This document shows positions 1 through 12,108 of a stretch of DNA of 64,000 bases, in pieces. The number at the start of each line of letters is the position of its first letter. Within the stretch, counting starts at the first letter, position 1. The stretch comes from Adineta vaga (taxonomy: Eukaryota; Animalia; Rotifera). The DNA is taken from positions 1,302,001 through 1,366,000 of the forward strand of contig CP075494.1 of NCBI GenBank assembly GCA_021613535.1. Direction: 5' to 3'. The translations under genes were made by a program, and so were the position numbers. The notes below the pieces were generated by a model. That model ran no database searches and was not told the origin of the DNA. It saw only the letters and a list, made by a program, of their open reading frames with translations.

Positions 1-51
1 AATCAACCTGGTCACATATCACCTCAATGTCCACTACGCCCAAAATACTAA
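1..51 (+). CDS. gag: C-terminal end of Gag (CCHC zinc knuckle), partial
   Basis: Frame 1 reads NQPGHISPQCPLRPKY*; GHxxxxC matches the second half of a CCHC knuckle and overlaps the pol frame. Confidence 0.8.
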   Translation, partial: NQPGHISPQCPLRPKY

Positions 52-3000
52 AGGGGGGCCGCGATGGTCGTACCTCCCTCACCTCAATCAATCCATCACT
101 GATCATCATCTCTACACAAATCAATGGTAATACTATTCCCGCAATGGTTGATACAGGTGCCACTCATACATTGATCACATATTCACTTCTTAAATCCATT
201 TCTTCTGCTCGCATAAAAAAATCTTTTACTGCTACTGCTACGCTTGGTGATGCCTCTACTACTATCCAAATTCATGGTCTGGTTCATCTATGTATATATA
301 TCAATCATATACCTACGCATGTTTCAGCATTTGTTGTCGATTCCTTAGGTGTCAATCTTATTCTTGGACTTGATTGGTGTCGTACATATGATGTCGCAAT
401 CCATGTTCGCCAACAACAACTTGTCCTCCACCATCCTCGATTTGGCCACACTATAGTCTCATTTGAAGATCACATTTCAATTCCTGTTCGTCTTAAACAA
501 TCAATTCAGCTGGCTCCTCATCATGAACATGTTGTGACATTAATCACGCCTTTGTCTTCTGCTCTTCAAGTAGCTTACGCACCTATATCAAACTTTTGTA
601 AACGAAAGAACATTTTTATTCCAGAAGCGATATTAAATATTAAGTCTTTTGAAACTTCTATTATCATTTCTAATCTTGTCCAAACTCCATGTACGTTGCG
701 CAAAGATACAATTCTCGGGTCTATCACTTTCTTTCCTAGTCTATCTACTTCAGTCAAAGTCAGCGATCTTTCTTCTTCTCACTCTAAAATCTCTTCCGTC
801 AGTCTCTCATCTGTCATGACTAGCGTAACTAAAGAAGTAGATTCAGTCATTCAGACCTTAGTTTCCTCTATATCTGATCCAATTGAACAAGCTGCTTTCT
901 CTACCATCCTTCAACGACATCGTCGAGTATTTGATTCATCTAAACATTCCATTGCCAAAACCAAACTTCCACACGTTATCATCACAGGAGATCATTCACC
1001 GATTAGCGTTCGTCCTTACTATCGCAATACTCAACAGCGCAAAGAACTTCAACAAGAAATCGACAAACTTATCCTAGATAACATTGTTCGGGCCTCAACT
1101 TCTCCATGGTCTTCTCCAGCTTTATTAAAAAAGAAACCAGATGGCACGTTCCGTTTTCTCGTCGATTTCCGCCGGCTAAACAAAATCACGAAGAAAGATG
1201 CATATCCACAACCTTCAGCCGAAGAATTAATCTATCGTCTTTCAGGGCACAATTACTTCACTAAACTTGATCTAAAAAGTGGTTATTTCCAAATTCCTAT
1301 CGCCGAAGCGGACAAAGAAAAGACAGCATTCGTAACACCTGATGGTCATTATGAATTTAATGTCCTTCCTCAAGGTCTTATGAATGCTCCCGCCAGTTTT
1401 CAGCGCGTCATGAACAATCTTCTTGCCACTGGTCGTTGGGATTACGTCGTCATCTATCTTGATGACATAGTCGTCTTCTCTCATTCATTGGAAGAACATG
1501 AACGCCACGTCAATGAAGTCCTATCCATTCTAAATAATGCTCACTTTAAAGTTTCTCCATCTAAATGCACAATTGCTGCAAGAAAAATCGAGTTCCTTGG
1601 CCACGTAGTCACTCCGACTACCGTCGAACCGTCACCTGATAAACTACAAGCCATCCTCGATATTTCTCCACCACGCACATTATCACAAGCTAACAGATTC
1701 CTTGGTAAAGTTGGCTACTATCGTAAATTTATAGACGATTTTGCAAATATCGCTGCTCCGCTGCACAAAGTCACCAATAAAACTCGTACCAAGCGACATG
1801 AGTTTTACTGGCATGCAGAACAACAAGCTGCGTTTGAAAAATTTAAGAAAATTCTCACTAGTGCTCCACTATTTCTTCACTTTCCAGATCCTTCTCTTCC
1901 TTTCATTTTATCTACTGATGCTAGTCTTACACGTATCGCTGGTGTGCTCAAACAAAATACTCCTAGTGGTATGAAGATCTGCTATTATAAATCACGACTG
2001 CTATCGGACACCGAAACTCGATACTCCGCCACTGAACGAGAAGCGCTTGCAATCTGCTGGTGTCTTGAGCAGCTTCGATCATGTATTGGTACTTCATCAA
2101 TCATAATCGAAACTGACCATGAGCCTCTCTCTAAAATCGATAAAAATTTTACCATCCGCAACAAACGTGTCGACTATTGGTTCCTGAAATTACAAGATAT
2201 TCTTCCACAAATCATCGCAATCAAATACCGTCGAGGAATTGATAATGTTGGTCCTGACTTTCTTACTCGCTATGAACCACTTCCAGCCCATTTTTCACCA
2301 CCACCACCATCTGATTCTTCTACAGCTCTTCCCCCACGAATTCTTCCATCACAATCAATAGACAACGATTGGCCTTCAGGTACTGAAACTTGGGATCCAA
2401 TTGTTATATCTCCTGTAGTGACTCGTTCAAAAGCTCGAGCCATTTCTGATTCAATTTCTGAAAATTCTCCCAGTACTACAAACGATGATGATAATCTCGA
2501 TGATGTCGATGATGGTGACGAACTTACTACACCTGATACAACTCCACCTCAAGATCTTAGCCTACCATATATTCGAAAAGAGCAGCATTCTGATCCTGAG
2601 ATCTTTCGTATCACAGAACGACTTCGTCAGAACCATTCTGATCCATTTTTTATCTTAAAAGATGACATAGTATATCGCGTTATCTCACCTGTAAAACATT
2701 CTGATTCTTCCACTGCACTATATCTCCCTAAATCTCTTCTTTCTTTTGTGCTTCACCTCTATCATGATCACCCACTGAGTGGTCACTTCGGTGTTCACCG
2801 TACAATATCTCGTATTCGGGGAAAATATTGGTGGCCTAATATGTCTACATTTGTTCGTAACTATATTGCATCCTGCTCTCAATGTATACAACACAATATC
2901 TCTCGCATCAAACCTCCTGGTCATCTCAAATCAATCAATCCCCCATCAAATGTTTTTCAAATCCTGCACATGGACTTCTGGGGTCCTGTTCGAACACCAT

Positions 3001-3791
3001 CCGCTAATGGAAATCGATATGTCCTAGTACTTACGGACAATTTATCTAAATATGTGATAGCCGAAGCCTTACCCGACTGCACCGCCAAAACAACAGCTCA
3101 AGTCCTGATCGACCGATTTATTCTTATTCATGGAACTCCAGAGCGCCTCATCACCGACAATGGTACACACTTCAATAACCATCTACTACGTGCCATCACA
3201 AGCTCCATGAACATTCCTCATGCGTTCTCGGCTGCCTATCACCCGCAGACGAACGGCCAAGTGGAACGGTTCAACGCAACCTTTGCTACCCAACTAGCTA
3301 AGTATTGTGATGCTGATAAAACCGATTGGGACAAATTTCTTCCATCCGTCGTATACGCTTACAATACCAGTATCCACTCCACAACTCAACTAACCCCATA
3401 TGAGCTTGCTTTTGCACGCCATCCAAAGAGTCTTTTCGATCCAATATCTCCTACCGTCACGTTACCACCTTTCCACTCTTTTTATAAATACCTAACCCGG
3501 ACCCGACAACTTCTTACATCTACAGCACGAACCAACATCTTACGACAACAATCTCATTGGCAACAACGGTACAATACTAACCGAATCAACATTTCTTACC
3601 GCAATGGTGACCTTGTTTACGTACACGTCAGTACTGGTCGCTCCAAACTCGATGCTCGCTATCGTGGTCCATGTACTATTATTGAGACATCTGGTCACCA
3701 ACACTACCTCGTACAAGATAATCAGTCTGGTGCAAAAGATTGGTGTCATGTTAATCAGCTGTTGCCAGCTACAAATCGTCAATCATTTTAA
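27..3791 (+). CDS. pol: Ty3/Gypsy Pol polyprotein (protease, RT, RNase H, integrase), probably expressed by -1 frameshift from gag
   Basis: MVDTGA protease; FRFLVDFRRLN, LPQGL, YLDD (RT); TDAS, EREALA, TDH (RNase H); HHCC, DFWGP/TDNG/VERFN integrase; Gypsy domain order; no stops. Confidence 0.97.
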   Translation: MSTTPKILKGGRDGRTSLTSINPSLIIISTQINGNTIPAMVDTGATHTLITYSLLKSISSARIKKSFTATATLGDASTTIQIHGLVHLCIYINHIPTHVSAFVVDSLGVNLILGLDWCRTYDVAIHVRQQQLVLHHPRFGHTIVSFEDHISIPVRLKQSIQLAPHHEHVVTLITPLSSALQVAYAPISNFCKRKNIFIPEAILNIKSFETSIIISNLVQTPCTLRKDTILGSITFFPSLSTSVKVSDLSSSHSKISSVSLSSVMTSVTKEVDSVIQTLVSSISDPIEQAAFSTILQRHRRVFDSSKHSIAKTKLPHVIITGDHSPISVRPYYRNTQQRKELQQEIDKLILDNIVRASTSPWSSPALLKKKPDGTFRFLVDFRRLNKITKKDAYPQPSAEELIYRLSGHNYFTKLDLKSGYFQIPIAEADKEKTAFVTPDGHYEFNVLPQGLMNAPASFQRVMNNLLATGRWDYVVIYLDDIVVFSHSLEEHERHVNEVLSILNNAHFKVSPSKCTIAARKIEFLGHVVTPTTVEPSPDKLQAILDISPPRTLSQANRFLGKVGYYRKFIDDFANIAAPLHKVTNKTRTKRHEFYWHAEQQAAFEKFKKILTSAPLFLHFPDPSLPFILSTDASLTRIAGVLKQNTPSGMKICYYKSRLLSDTETRYSATEREALAICWCLEQLRSCIGTSSIIIETDHEPLSKIDKNFTIRNKRVDYWFLKLQDILPQIIAIKYRRGIDNVGPDFLTRYEPLPAHFSPPPPSDSSTALPPRILPSQSIDNDWPSGTETWDPIVISPVVTRSKARAISDSISENSPSTTNDDDNLDDVDDGDELTTPDTTPPQDLSLPYIRKEQHSDPEIFRITERLRQNHSDPFFILKDDIVYRVISPVKHSDSSTALYLPKSLLSFVLHLYHDHPLSGHFGVHRTISRIRGKYWWPNMSTFVRNYIASCSQCIQHNISRIKPPGHLKSINPPSNVFQILHMDFWGPVRTPSANGNRYVLVLTDNLSKYVIAEALPDCTAKTTAQVLIDRFILIHGTPERLITDNGTHFNNHLLRAITSSMNIPHAFSAAYHPQTNGQVERFNATFATQLAKYCDADKTDWDKFLPSVVYAYNTSIHSTTQLTPYELAFARHPKSLFDPISPTVTLPPFHSFYKYLTRTRQLLTSTARTNILRQQSHWQQRYNTNRINISYRNGDLVYVHVSTGRSKLDARYRGPCTIIETSGHQHYLVQDNQSGAKDWCHVNQLLPATNRQSF
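39..89 (+). promoter_or_regulatory. Putative -1 programmed ribosomal frameshift signal
   Basis: Slippery heptamer C CCA AAA (39-45) in gag phase, followed after a short spacer by stem-loop AGGGGGG-cc-GCGA-tgg-TCGT-a-CCTCCCT; pol is in the -1 frame. Confidence 0.7.
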
Positions 3792-4081
3792 TGTTAAGCA
3801 CCTCCTTCTATCATTGTGAAATTTATTGGGATGTGACAGCCCGTATATATCACATTTCTTCTCATCCTGTTTATCACTCCACGTCATAATCCTTTCCTTT
3901 TCTTTTATTTCATTCTTACACTTATAATCAAACGAGTTGTGGCAGCTCGTATCGTCATTGTTTACATGACTCATTCTCAATATACAACATTCTTTTCCAT
4001 TATGATTCCTTACATCACTGTTTATTTCTTATCATATATATACTCTTATTGCTAAAGTATTTTATACACTTCCTTTTCACC

Positions 4082-4423
4082 ATGAAGTCCTTTCTTATAA
4101 TTTTCCTTCTGATACAATTTCATCTACTTCAAGGTTCCTGGTTCGAGTCAAAAGTTGCATCTCCTACCTCAGATGTCCATGTAAATGTTGTCAACCATGT
4201 CGCTGATGCAATACATAACTATTCGAATCAATTACAGCCCACTTGGCGTGATTATTCCATCATCTTTCTTCTTATTGTGGTTCTAGGGTCCTGTATTATC
4301 GGCTGTTGCTGTTTGGCCTTTGTATGTTTATATCGTCGTATTCTATTCCAACTTCTTCATCGGACTTCTCCTGCAGTCCATCATCCTGAAAAATCTACTA
4401 ATCCTGTATACATGATTACATAA
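4082..4423 (+). CDS. Retrotransposon ORF3: small (113 aa) type I membrane protein
   Basis: ATG 4082; signal-like MKSFLIIFLLIQFHLLQG, ~39-aa ectodomain with NYS sequon, TM with GSCIIGCCC, RR after TM, C-terminal NPVY; lies between pol and the PPT. Confidence 0.75.
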   Translation: MKSFLIIFLLIQFHLLQGSWFESKVASPTSDVHVNVVNHVADAIHNYSNQLQPTWRDYSIIFLLIVVLGSCIIGCCCLAFVCLYRRILFQLLHRTSPAVHHPEKSTNPVYMIT

Positions 4424-4533
4424 AATGCGCATAGTATAACAATCGTTTATACTTTTCTTTTTTGCTTCTTTTTTTTTTTTTTTGTTTCTTTTCTGTTTTC
4501 AACATTTTTCGCTCCCATGTGCTCTGCTTGCTT

Positions 4534-4545
4534 GGAGGGGGGAGG
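4534..4545 (+). other. Polypurine tract (PPT)
   Basis: GGAGGGGGGAGG immediately before the TG start of the LTR. Confidence 0.85.
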
Positions 4546-4712
4546 TGTCACGGCATCTCGCCGTGATATCTCACGAGTCAAGGCATTCCTTACTCATTTG
4601 TATATGATTCTTGAGTCATGTATACATGACCAAGGATATATATATGCGCTTCGCTTTGCTTTGGAGTGTGTGTTCTCCTTTTGTTTCTTCTGGTCACAAT
4701 ACATACATCACA
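4546..4712 (+). repeat. 3' LTR (167 bp)
   Basis: Starts TGTCAC right after the PPT, ends CATCACA exactly where host GPCR coding sequence begins; TATA-like TATATATA near 4638. Confidence 0.8.
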
Positions 4713-5532
4713 GATAAGATATGTTGCATAAGGAATTCGTGTAATTAATGCAATACTTGATTGAACTAAAAGCATTATAGTCAGTTGAGTATCGATCTGT
4801 TGAATACGTGTTTGTCTTGCATTTGTTATTCGTGGAGGAGAATCTTCAGGATTAACATGTGGATGTGCAATGTCTCGAACACTTCGTAGTATTAAAATTC
4901 CAAGAATAATCATAACAATTGGTGTACCCATTGCTGTAATACATGCTTCGATATACTTATCGAATGTTGCATATATTCCCGGCATAGGAATACATTTTCC
5001 ATTTGTTGTACTATATAAAATAAGTCGATGACCGAAGAAGATTAACCAAAAAATAACAATTCCACCTGCGATTTTATATGCTAAATCACGACGATTACTC
5101 CATTTACGATATTCTAAAAGAATTCCGAATAGAAAAAAATTTTAGAACAAAAGTTCATAACTTACTCGTTGAACGTTCTAAAGATAAAATTCGATCAACT
5201 GTTGCCAAGATAAATAATGTTAAAGATACAACATGATTCCAAACGGAATCAAATTGTCGAATTCTACGAAGAATATCGAATCGTGTTGTTATTGGAATTT
5301 GAAATCCACTTTGTAACAATCGTGTTAATAATAGAAAATCAAAGTAAATAAAGTTTGATATTGCTTCTAATTGAAAATAAATTGAATAAGCTCGTTGACG
5401 AAATGATCGAGAACTAAATACAATCATATTTCCAATACAACCAAGATTTCCTGCTATCCAATAAAAAGTACCGATGTAAATATTCAATTGATATGGAATT
5501 AATGATAATGTATCAACTAATGTTGAATTCAT
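4713..5532 (-). pseudogene. Rhodopsin-like 7TM GPCR disrupted in TM6 by the LTR element (exons 5532-5166, 5113-4713)
   Basis: GNLGCIGN (TM1), ATVDRIL (TM3); a 52-nt GT-AG intron 5165-5114 restores the frame to KYRKWS...LTIMLLVQ...IPYATYLI, where LTR sequence begins. Confidence 0.85.
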
Positions 5533-7536
5533 CTTTAAATGAAAGAATACAATCTATTTTGCACTCTCAATTGAAATACAAAAATAATGGAATTTTTTTT
5601 ACAACATAGTATTTATGCGTGTATAATTAAAAATGAAGAAAAGAATATGATATTTTTCTTCGGCATTAATATTTTACATTTATGAAAAATATGATATACA
5701 TGGAAAAAATTTATGGTTTTATAGAGATGACAGATTCAATCGCAAAAATATATTTTGTGTGTTAGTAATGGAAAAGCGAACGTCATTCTGTTATTCGTTA
5801 AAGAACTATCCACAAGAACTATTCGTCGACGATTATTGAAAGGTGTTCTCATGAATAATATAGATCAGTAATGATGTAACCGTATTCAATAAATTTTTCG
5901 GTTTTTTTTCTTCAAATCTATCTCAAGAAAAGAATCAAACTTGATAAGTAGAAAAATACGACGAAATATCGTACGAAGTAATTCAAGTTAGAATGTTTGC
6001 TTTTCCTCATACATATTTATCATATATCGAGGGGTTAACAACAGGGCTACCATCTGTAATCCATTTCGACTAATTTCTATGCACAAGATTAAAATCTTCT
6101 GTAATTACCAATGTAAAAATATTGAGAGAAAAATTAACTGAAAACTAATTAAAAATAAGTAAACCCTAGTACGTTCAACATGGGTCATTTCTGACCCAGC
6201 CGTAAAAATTTGGAAATGCACTATAATATTTTGGTAATTTCGGGTTTAAGGAATCATTTATCATCTATTATGATTCCATCTCATTACAAGCCTTCAATAC
6301 AATAAAATACAATTTCATCAGTGTTTAATATAAAACTATAGACAAGAGAACAAGTTAAATTTTCAATTAAAATCCAAGACTCATGCACCATTTTCACTGT
6401 ATATTTATCTCTAATCTACTAAGAAGTATTTATTCATTGGGTTTTGGACTCTCCATAGTTAGAATGTCATATGATTCATTCGATTAAATTTTGGATCGAA
6501 GATATTTATCAATCATCTAGTACCTCTTCATTCTCTTTTGTTTTCTAGACTAAGAGAATGTCGGTGTGGGTGTGGGTGTGAAGACAAGAGACCCACACCC
6601 TCAATTATCGATAGTATGAAAGAAAAACGTATTAGAATTAAAATGAATTTTCCAATAATAGGGATTTTTACGCTAGCGTTTAATAATGAATGGATAATGT
6701 TTCAAGAAACAGTTCCATGATATAAATACTGAATAATAAAGTTATGTTTATGTTCTGAATCTATAAAAAAAACATATAATTAAAGCTTATTCATAGCTAA
6801 GAGAACTATATTGTTGATGATTTGAAAAAGATACTCATTAATGCAATGTCAATAAAAAAACATATGTTCGCCATTCGAACAGGTGTAGGGTCTTTATGTA
6901 ACGATTACAGTTAACTCTGCTCGGTTGTCGAGCCTCAATATGAAATGACTTTTATCAATGCAACAATGAAACATTTTTTCTAACATATAGTTCTGTTTAG
7001 CTTTCCAATGTGAGTCATTTATAATATTAGTTTTCCTAATGCAATTTTATTTAAATTTATACAAAAGATTTAAAAAAGAATGTCAAATAAATCTAGTTTC
7101 TTGTTGATGTAAATATATGAATTAAAGGCTGAAAGTTATTTATAAATTCATCGCAAAACGAGAGTGAAAATGCAAAAAGTCGTGCAACTATAACTATGAT
7201 TATTACCGCTTTCTTTCCGAACGAAGACGTGAAATAAACATCTTTCTTCAAACATTACTCAATACATAAAACAGTGAATGATACTCTAAATCATAATTGA
7301 GAATTTGAATTTAAGCAAGAAAATTCTATAATAAAAATAAAGTATGACTTCACTTTAATGTAAATAAATAAACCGCTAAATAGGTTAAACCTATTGAAAG
7401 ATCAATATTCATTTTCGGATATTTTTTCTTTACTTACAAATTTTTTTCGTTTTTTCATCGACTGAAATAGTACAATACCTTTGCGGACGATAATTATTCT
7501 TAGCAATATTAAAATCATATCGAAAATTTCTCGTTA

Positions 7537-7825
7537 CCCAGGTCGAACGATGCGGTCCGTATACGGCCTTTACGATATAAAAACGGATACTATGCTAACA
7601 GTAACACTGACCGTATTATCGGGCGCAGAAATACGGTCCGTTCTGTATCCGTACATAGCCGATTAGTAGCCGTTTCGGAGGAGAATACAGTGGGTTTACG
7701 ATGCCGTAAATCTGTGCCCTTGATTACGGAACAAAACGGTTCATTTTCGGCCGTAAAGTCACCGTTTTGTCACGGTTTACATTCCGAAAACGCATTGTAA
7801 ACGACTCCATTTTCATTGGCCTGAG
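7537..7825. mobile_element. Degraded MITE-like element with CCGTA/TACGG internal motifs
   Basis: GC-richer island; imperfect terminal IR CCCAGGTCGA vs CTCAGGCCAA; multiple internal tacgg/ccgta motifs. Confidence 0.4.
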
Positions 7826-8645
7826 ATATAATGAATAAACTTGAGATAAATAATTTTTCTAAATTGTACAATTATATGGAGCTTTCCTTGTATATTCATT
7901 TTCGTGAATAAATTATCTTTTAAATTCATCTATGTTTATTCTATGGAGAACGAAATAAACAAATAAAATTGAGAACGTTTCACCTTTCAAGATGAAGATT
8001 TAATTGGAGATGATGGCTCCAATCAGTTTCTATATCGAGTGAACATAAAAAAAGACATTTTTTTCGGTTTCCAAATATTGATAATATATTAGAAAATATT
8101 TTAGATCTAAGCTTTCTATAGAACATTTGGACTCATTTTTTATGATAATTAAAGATCGTTATTTGACTATTCATAGTCTTTCTATTGATATAACTTTTGT
8201 CGTTTATAATAGAAAGGAAGAATGTTGGGAAGTTGATATTAGACATATAACTATCAAAAGAAATAGAAATGTACATCAATTTCTGGGAAAAGGTTTCAAA
8301 AAATTCAATGACTTGAGATTGATATTCTGTTAAATATAGATGTTAATTTAGCAGCTGACGATTTTTTTTTCTTGGTCAACAATATGCTTAACAGAGGCAG
8401 ACATAAAAAAGAAAGAACAAACATTAATGTTTATATCATCACACGTATAGCTATCTAATCTAATGCAATATGACGAACAAATTCTTAATTCGAATGGGAA
8501 GAAAGAATCTCTCATTTTTTTCTTTTTTTTAAATAAAAATAAAATACCTGTATTTGCTATTGAAGAAAAGAATCCTAAAATCATTTGTTTTGTTGTATTC
8601 AATGAAGTCTTTTTAAAATTCGACTATAGCCTATTGAGGTACGAC

Positions 8646-11600
8646 TAGTGGCGTAACCAGGGGGTGGCCAGGTGGGGCTCAGCCCCACCACCGAGCTTTT
8701 GAGCCCCATCACGCGAATTTTAACGTTTTTAAATTTGAACTTAAGACTGATAAAAATTTGACAAATTGATATGCTTTCGAGCGCAATCTTTTTTAGATGA
8801 AAACTGAGACTAATGTAATATTATATTTTAGTCTCAATTATAGATGATAGTGACATCTTTTTAATAACGATTCTATTGCATATCAAAAGCACTGATCTAC
8901 ATATAAGTTCTCTTCCACTTTCTTATCCAAATTTGAAAAACTTTAAACGAATTAGTACTATCAAAATGAAATCAGGCTCAAAGCATAATACAATTACTTC
9001 CTTTTTTTTATCGTCTGCAGCAAAGAGACAAAAAAACATCTGCTGAACAACCAGATCTTTCGATTATCTCTTCAGAAAACGAAGAAGCTGCTTCTTGTGA
9101 AGCGCCTAATTTAAGTTCTACAACTGCTCCAAATGTTAATAAGAACGTTGATTTGATAACCACATATGATCAACCTATACCAACACTCACATTAGATATT
9201 AGTTTATTACCATCATCGTCATCATCAACAACACAGTTAATATAACCATGTTTATTATCAATCGACGCTCGTTCACCAACAGTTGATTTTACATCACCAA
9301 ATGATATTCGCTCTTCATCTGCTGAATCACCATTACAATCTGATTCGCCAGCAACATCTTGTGCTTCGTCGTCATCAGCAACATCACTATCTTCAACACC
9401 TATACGTTCTCATAGTTTATTGGTTTCACCAACATCATTTGCATTACCTACTGATATTAGTCAGTACATTGACCGACTAAGCAGTACAAACAATATTATC
9501 ATCCTATAAAAATAATCACGATAATCGTTCTTTTCAAAAACAGTGGTTTCTCAATAGACCTTGGCTTGAATATTCAATCAATAATGATAAAATTTACTGC
9601 TCCTATTGCAGACATTTTGGTTCAACAAATCCATTGATTAATCGAAATCAAAGTGATTCTTTTATCAGAGGATTTAATAATTGGAAGAGTGCACTTGATA
9701 AAAAAAAAGGTTTACCAAAACACGAGTCCAGTTTCGGACATATAACAGCAACAGCTAATTACACTGAATATCTTTTACGTGAAAAATCGAAACAAAGTGT
9801 TATTAATGTAGCCGATAAAGGAAGACTAGAACAAATTCGAAAAAATCGAGAACGTCTTGTCAAAATATCTTCTACAATTTTTTTATGTGGTCGTCATATG
9901 ATACCGTTGAGAGGACATTTTGAACACCATGAGTGAGTTAACAATTGATATACTATACCTTGGCATGTATTTATTTTTAATTTTAGATCAAATAATAGGG
10001 GAAATTTTTTGGAAATTCTTAAATGGTCTTCTGCTATTGATTTGGTGGTTAAATCTATATTCGATGATTCAGCAAGTAATGCCACATATTTATCTCCATA
10101 TATTCAAAATGAAGTGTTGCATTTAATGGCTGATCAAATGAGATATTATATTTCAAAAAAATTAAATCAACAAAATCAAATCTTATATCTAGGTAAAAAA
10201 CAAATTTTTTGCTTTACTTGCTGATGAAAGTCGTGATTGTTCACATCATGAACAAATGTCTGTTGTTCTTCGTGTTGTGGATGACGAAAAACTAAAACTA
10301 CCAAATTATGGTATTGAAGAATATTTTCTTGGCTTAATCCCATTGCGTTCATTTGATGCTACATCATTAACAAATGCTATTGTTAATTTATTGGAAAAGT
10401 ACAATATTAAGTTATCAATGTGTATAGCTATGTGTTTTGGTGGGTAATTTTCTGTGATTCAGATGTGAAAAAAAGAATAATTAATATGACTTTTTTATCT
10501 TACACCAATAGAGCTAGTGTGATGTCCGGTAAAAATGCAGGTTTACAAGCAATTTTACGTGAACAATTCATGCCCAAGGCAGTATATATCCATTGTCATG
10601 TTCATCGTTTAAATCTGGTTATTGTCGATGTATGTGTGTCAATAGCTTATGTTTGTGAATTTTATACAATCATAAAGAAAATTCATACGTACTTTACAGC
10701 TTCAGGTGTAACAAATGAATATTTTCGAGCAGCACAAAATCAATTAAAGTTGAGTAAGTAATTATAACAATATGATTTTAGATAATTTTTTTCAATCTTA
10801 ACTTCTACAAATCTCAAATTATGGGCAAATACACGTTGGGATTCTCGATGGACGTCACTTGATGCTATTTTGAATAATTATCAACCTATCATTTTATCTC
10901 TTAATGGATTAATCGAAGAAGGTGGTGCACGTGCAGTTCAAGCAAAAGGATTATCGTTAGTCTTACAAGAACCATTGTTTGCAGTAACTTTATTCATTTT
11001 GCACAAGTTATTAGGACCTATCAAAATTTTATCTGATCAATTAAAAGGTAAGAATTAGTTTGCAAAGTCATTGATAAGATAGTTCATTTACTTCTATTTC
11101 CCTTTTCAGCTGAAAATCTTGATTGTGGTACTGCACAAGAATTAATCATGCCGATAGAACAAGAATTGTGTGCTTCACGAGATGAAAATATCTTTGAAGA
11201 TTTATTCGAAAAAATAGCTACATTTTGTCGACAAAATGAGATTGATCTCAATGAAGGATCAAAACCACGTCGAGCACAAACTGTCTCAGTAAAACTTAAA
11301 GATTCAGTTGTAGAATCTACAATTGGTAAACGTCATTATGATCTAGATGAAGAATACTATAGATCGAATATTTATATGCAATTAATTAATAACATATTAA
11401 ATGAATTACAGAAGCGATTTTCATCGAATAATTTGAAGATTTTAGCTGGTGTATCATCATTGTGTCCAAATAGTCCTACTTTTTTGAACTTTGATTCATT
11501 AAAACTTTTCCAACACTTATTAAATTAACAAATAGTGCAATAACTATACCAGTTTCGTCAATCACATATGAAAGAACATTTTCCAAAATGAAATTGATCA

Positions 11601-11947
11601 AGACAACAATCAGAAATACAATGGCTGATGATCGCTTGAGTGATCTTTGTTTAATTGCTATTGAACGTGATATTGAGCTCAATTATGAGCAACTTATTGA
11701 TACTTTTGCAGATGTTCATAAAAATAGTCGGATTATATTGAAATAAAATTTATCTTTTCTTTTTTATCTTCGAATATTTTGTTTGCATATTAGATACGAA
11801 CGAGTTAGTCAATTTTAGAGATCAAACACCTTATTAATATCCTACTAAGCGCACTTTAATTATATATGAATTTATGAACATTTAAGGTCATAATATATAG
11901 CATGGGGGCTGAGCCCCACCACCCTTAAATTTCTGGTTACGCCGCTA
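8646..11947 (+). mobile_element. hAT DNA transposon (ZMYM1/DUF4371-type), decayed
   Basis: 15-bp TIRs TAGTGGCGTAACCAG / CTGGTTACGCCGCTA (14/15), subterminal GGGGCT(C/G)AGCCCC palindromes at both ends; no 8-bp TSD visible. Confidence 0.9.
8966..11746 (+). pseudogene. Intron-containing hAT transposase pseudogene
   Basis: TTF-type Zn finger RSFQKQWF..RPWLEYS..YCSYC, LRGH, NRGNFLEIL, ADESRD..EQMSVVLR, HCHVHRLNL, TRWDSR, C-terminal ERTFSKMKLIKT..RNTM..DRL; short introns (e.g. 9933-9986, 11048-11109); several stops and frameshifts. Confidence 0.88.
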
Positions 11948-12108
11948 ATCAGATCGTTTGGAAACGTATTGTCGCAGCATCTACTGTTGCTAATACGTAT
12001 TATATATTCAAGTTTTTGATCGAGTACATGCCTTAATATCAGTACATATAAGTGAGTACATGATCATGTACATCACCAATTTTAGCTGTGGTGGGGGACA
12101 CCCCCATC

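Larger units (their letters stand above)
1..4712 (+). mobile_element. Ty3/Gypsy LTR retrotransposon, 3' portion (5' LTR and most of gag lie upstream of the window)
   Basis: gag Zn-knuckle tail at 1-51, uninterrupted PR-RT-RH-IN pol, extra ORF, polypurine tract 4534-4545, LTR TG...CA 4546-4712 abutting an interrupted host gene. Confidence 0.95.

Noticed and set aside
6160-6200. piggyBac-like terminus (TAAACCCT...GGGTCATTTCTGACCC)
   Set aside because: No matching opposite end or TTAA TSD found.
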